Part shown: positions 30,892 to 33,106 of the stretch, piece after piece
Numbering within the stretch: the first letter of the stretch is position 1
Layout: every line of letters begins with the position of its first letter
Origin: Fibrobacterota bacterium
GTDB lineage: Bacteria > Fibrobacterota > Fibrobacteria > UBA11236
NCBI GenBank assembly: GCA_036732085.1
Contig: DAINDC010000001.1
Span: 5,696 to 38,801, forward strand
DNA: 33,106 nucleotides
Direction: 5' to 3'
Program-made: the position numbers and the translations under genes
Notes under the pieces: generated by a model
Told to the model about the DNA's origin: nothing
The model's database searches: none
The model's input: the letters and a program-made list of their open reading frames with translations, nothing else

Positions 30892-32243
30892 AACTGCAGC
30901 CTCTCCGCCAAGCGGGAATCGCTCCGGGCATCGGGATTGTACTTGCGCACCGCGGCCATCCAGGCCGCATGCTCCGGATACATGGCGCGATAGGCCTCGG
31001 CCGACAGGCGCGCATCCTTGGTGAGATAGACCCGGCCCGCGAAGCGCAAGACCAGGGCGTCCAGGCGATCCAGTAACCGCAAGGTTTCCCGGCCGCGGAA
31101 GGGGATGTCGAGAGCGAGCGTATAGCCGCGCCGGCAGAAGGGCAGCATCACCCGGTCATCGCCGCAGCGCTTGAGCACGGAGAGGAAGGCCCCCAGACCG
31201 TTGTCGCTCAGGAAGCGCAGGCAGGCGGCGACGCCTTCCTCGCCACGGGGATCGGGGATGACGCATTGGTACTGGAAGAATCCGTCCCGGCCATAGAGGA
31301 GATTCCAATCGCCGATGCCGTCGAGGGGATAGAAGAATCCCGCGAAGCCCTCCCGCATGGGTCGTCCATGGTTGCGACGCGCGAGCCCGTAGAAGACGCG
31401 GTTGAACGCCGACAACAGCGGGCGGTTCAATAGGATGCCGGGCATGGCGAAGGGAACGCGGAGCCGGCTTTTTCCGCTGGCGCGCGGGCCCCGGACTTCC
31501 GAAGCCGCCGCGGGCGCTTCCTGTCCTTCCGAAGCCGCCGCGGGCGCATGGTTGCCGAGCATGAGGATGCCGCGCCCCAGGGAGGCGCCGCGAGCCAAGG
31601 TGTCCAGCCAGGCCACGGAGTATTCATAGGCCGCATCGTGCTTTGTGAAGAGCGCGAACAGGCTTTCCAGATCGGGCGCGCGCAGTCGCAGGACATCGAC
31701 CTCGCCGTTGGCGATAGGCTTGAGGCGCAGCTTGGCGCGCGTGATGAGACCCGTGAGGCCGTACCCGCCAAGGGTGGCGCGAAAAAGTTCCGGCATTTTT
31801 TCCGGCGAGCAGACCATGGTCCCCACGGGCGTGGCGACTTCCAGCTCCAGAACGAAATGCTCTATGGAACCGCAGCGGTGGTGGTTCTTGCCGTGGACAT
31901 TGCTGGCCAGGGCCCCGCCCAGGCTCACATGCATGGTCCCGGGAGTCACCGGCAGGAAATAGCCGCGCGGAACGCCGACCGCGAGGATGGCGTCCAAGGT
32001 CACGCCGGCTTCGGCATCGATCACGCCCGTCGCGGGGTTGAAGGAAATCAGGCGATCGAGGCGCGCCGTGTCCACGGAACGGTGCCCGGCCGCAGGCAAG
32101 GACGCATCGCCATAACTCCGGCCCCGTCCGCGCGCGAGGTAGGGTTCCGCCAACAGGACGGGCAATCGGCCCGCATCTTCCGGGATCTCCACCTCGGCTT
32201 CCATGACCGAATGCCGGCCCCAACCCGAGAGGAGAGTTTTCAT
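30879..32243 (-). CDS. FAD-linked oxidase, DprE1-like (decaprenylphosphoryl-ribose 2'-oxidase family)
   Basis: MKTLLSGWGRHSVMEAEVEIPED...ARGRGRSYGDASL...VTPGTMHVSLGGALASNVHGKNHH matches the FAD_binding_4 / DprE1-type N-terminal half. The position upstream of the SDR and UbiA genes also fits. Confidence 0.88.
   Translation of the reverse strand: MKTLLSGWGRHSVMEAEVEIPEDAGRLPVLLAEPYLARGRGRSYGDASLPAAGHRSVDTARLDRLISFNPATGVIDAEAGVTLDAILAVGVPRGYFLPVTPGTMHVSLGGALASNVHGKNHHRCGSIEHFVLELEVATPVGTMVCSPEKMPELFRATLGGYGLTGLITRAKLRLKPIANGEVDVLRLRAPDLESLFALFTKHDAAYEYSVAWLDTLARGASLGRGILMLGNHAPAAASEGQEAPAAASEVRGPRASGKSRLRVPFAMPGILLNRPLLSAFNRVFYGLARRNHGRPMREGFAGFFYPLDGIGDWNLLYGRDGFFQYQCVIPDPRGEEGVAACLRFLSDNGLGAFLSVLKRCGDDRVMLPFCRRGYTLALDIPFRGRETLRLLDRLDALVLRFAGRVYLTKDARLSAEAYRAMYPEHAAWMAAVRKYNPDARSDSRLAERLQLWKA
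31496..31547. repeat. In-frame 30-nt tandem duplication (22-nt identical core CTTCCGAAGCCGCCGCGGGCGC x2) inside the DprE1-like gene
   Basis: The cores lie at 31496-31517 and 31526-31547. They encode APAAASEGQE / APAAASEVRG in a low-complexity loop. Confidence 0.85.
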
Positions 32244-32363
32244 GGAGCTATTATAGCGACTTTTTCATCCCATTCACACTCGCCCTGGAACCGGCAATCT
32301 TTTATATATTTTTTGCTTTAATAAATCGGAGCGGCGGACGCTCCCAAACCTCAGGAGATTCTC

Positions 32364-33059
32364 ATGGCATGGGCTCTATTCAATTTTGACGGGCTGCTTT
32401 TCCTCTTGCGTTGGGGCCATTTCATCTTCGGCATCGCTTGGATCGGCATGCTCTGGTACTTCAACTTCGTCCAGGGCCCCTTTTTCGCCAAGGCCGATGC
32501 CGCCACCAAGACCGAGGCCACCAAGGGCCTGGTCCCGCGCGCGCTCTGGTATTTCCGGTACGGCGCCATGGGCACCTTTCTCACCGGCTGGCTGATGATC
32601 GGCCTCCGCATCCACCAGGTGGGCATGTCCATCATGAGCACCAGCTGGGGCGCCACCATCACCACCGGCGCCATCATGGGCTCGGTCATGTGGTTCAATG
32701 TCTGGTTCATCATCTGGCCCCGCCAGAAGAAGGTCATCGCCTCCGCCAATGGTGAAAAGGTCGAGAACCTGCCCGCCCTGGCCCGCCGCGCCTTCCTGGC
32801 GTCGCGCACCAATACCTTGCTGTCCGTCCCCCTCCTGTTCTTCATGGGAGCCGCCAGCCATCTCGCCATCGCCGTCGATCCGGCCAAGGTCTCCATCTGG
32901 CTCGGTTTCGTGGTCGCCATCGTTGCGCTCATCGAAATCAACTGCCTCGTCGCCGACAAGGGCCCGACCACCAAGCCCATCGAGACCGTCAAAGGCGTCA
33001 TCCATATGGGCCTTTTCTTCGCGGTCGTCTTCTACGTGGTGGCGGAAATCATCCTGTAA
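32364..33059 (+). CDS. Integral membrane protein (about 5 TM); the first helix resembles HemJ / PuuD-type heme-binding membrane domains
   Basis: AGGAG lies 6 nt before ATG 32364. The sequence MAWALFNFDGLLFLLRWGHFIFGIAWIGMLWYFNFVQGPFF.. has hydrophobic helices throughout. The family call is tentative. Confidence 0.7.
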   Translation: MAWALFNFDGLLFLLRWGHFIFGIAWIGMLWYFNFVQGPFFAKADAATKTEATKGLVPRALWYFRYGAMGTFLTGWLMIGLRIHQVGMSIMSTSWGATITTGAIMGSVMWFNVWFIIWPRQKKVIASANGEKVENLPALARRAFLASRTNTLLSVPLLFFMGAASHLAIAVDPAKVSIWLGFVVAIVALIEINCLVADKGPTTKPIETVKGVIHMGLFFAVVFYVVAEIIL

Positions 33060-33106
33060 CGGAGGCTCCCTTGCGCCTGATGTCCAATCCCGGATCCGCC
33101 GCCCGG

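Overview
This is a 33.1-kb GC-rich bacterial chromosomal window that is almost entirely coding. I support about 30 protein genes, most on the minus strand, and found no rRNA, tRNA or CRISPR array by eye. The window is a large exopolysaccharide / envelope-glycan biosynthesis supercluster of the PEP-CTERM/exosortase-associated type. Its parts are: (i) 612-6310, a translationally coupled block of AsnB-type amidotransferase, ACP, adenylating ligase, NadE-like PP-loop ATPase and SGNH-like lipoprotein; (ii) 6590-8149, a polytopic GT-C-like membrane protein; (iii) 16716 down to 9361, a minus-strand operon with a polysaccharide-deacetylase::GT2 fusion, a second deacetylase, a DegT aminotransferase, a Gfo/Idh/MocA oxidoreductase, a hexapeptide N-acetyltransferase and an FAD oxidoreductase (WbpB/E/D-like logic); (iv) 17077-22663, a secreted beta-helix protein, UDP-GlcNAc 2-epimerase, a Wza-like export protein, a FemAB-like protein and an EpsH1-type GT4; (v) 22694-25704, an lhgO / beta-barrel / lipoprotein operon; (vi) 26470-32243, DprE1-like, DprE2-like and UbiA-type phosphoribosyltransferase genes (a decaprenyl-phospho-arabinose-type pathway) followed by a second FemAB-like gene and a triple-VanZ membrane protein. 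Three visibly AT-richer islets carrying selfish modules interrupt the cluster: a YefM-like plus decayed DinJ-like antitoxin corner (1-600), an AAA+/DUF4143 ATPase (8120-9334) and vapBC (25724-26352). No exosortase and no clear PEP-CTERM substrate lies inside the window. The best candidates for undescribed biology are the five-gene carrier-protein module of unknown product and the polyprenyl-phospho-pentose pathway combined with two FemAB-like genes and a 3x VanZ protein. Smaller oddities include one DNA repeat read in two frames at the end of the acetyltransferase gene, a nonsense-interrupted orphan antitoxin, and a 47-bp palindrome covering the ATPase start codon. All family assignments come from motif recognition by eye and need HMM or BLAST confirmation.
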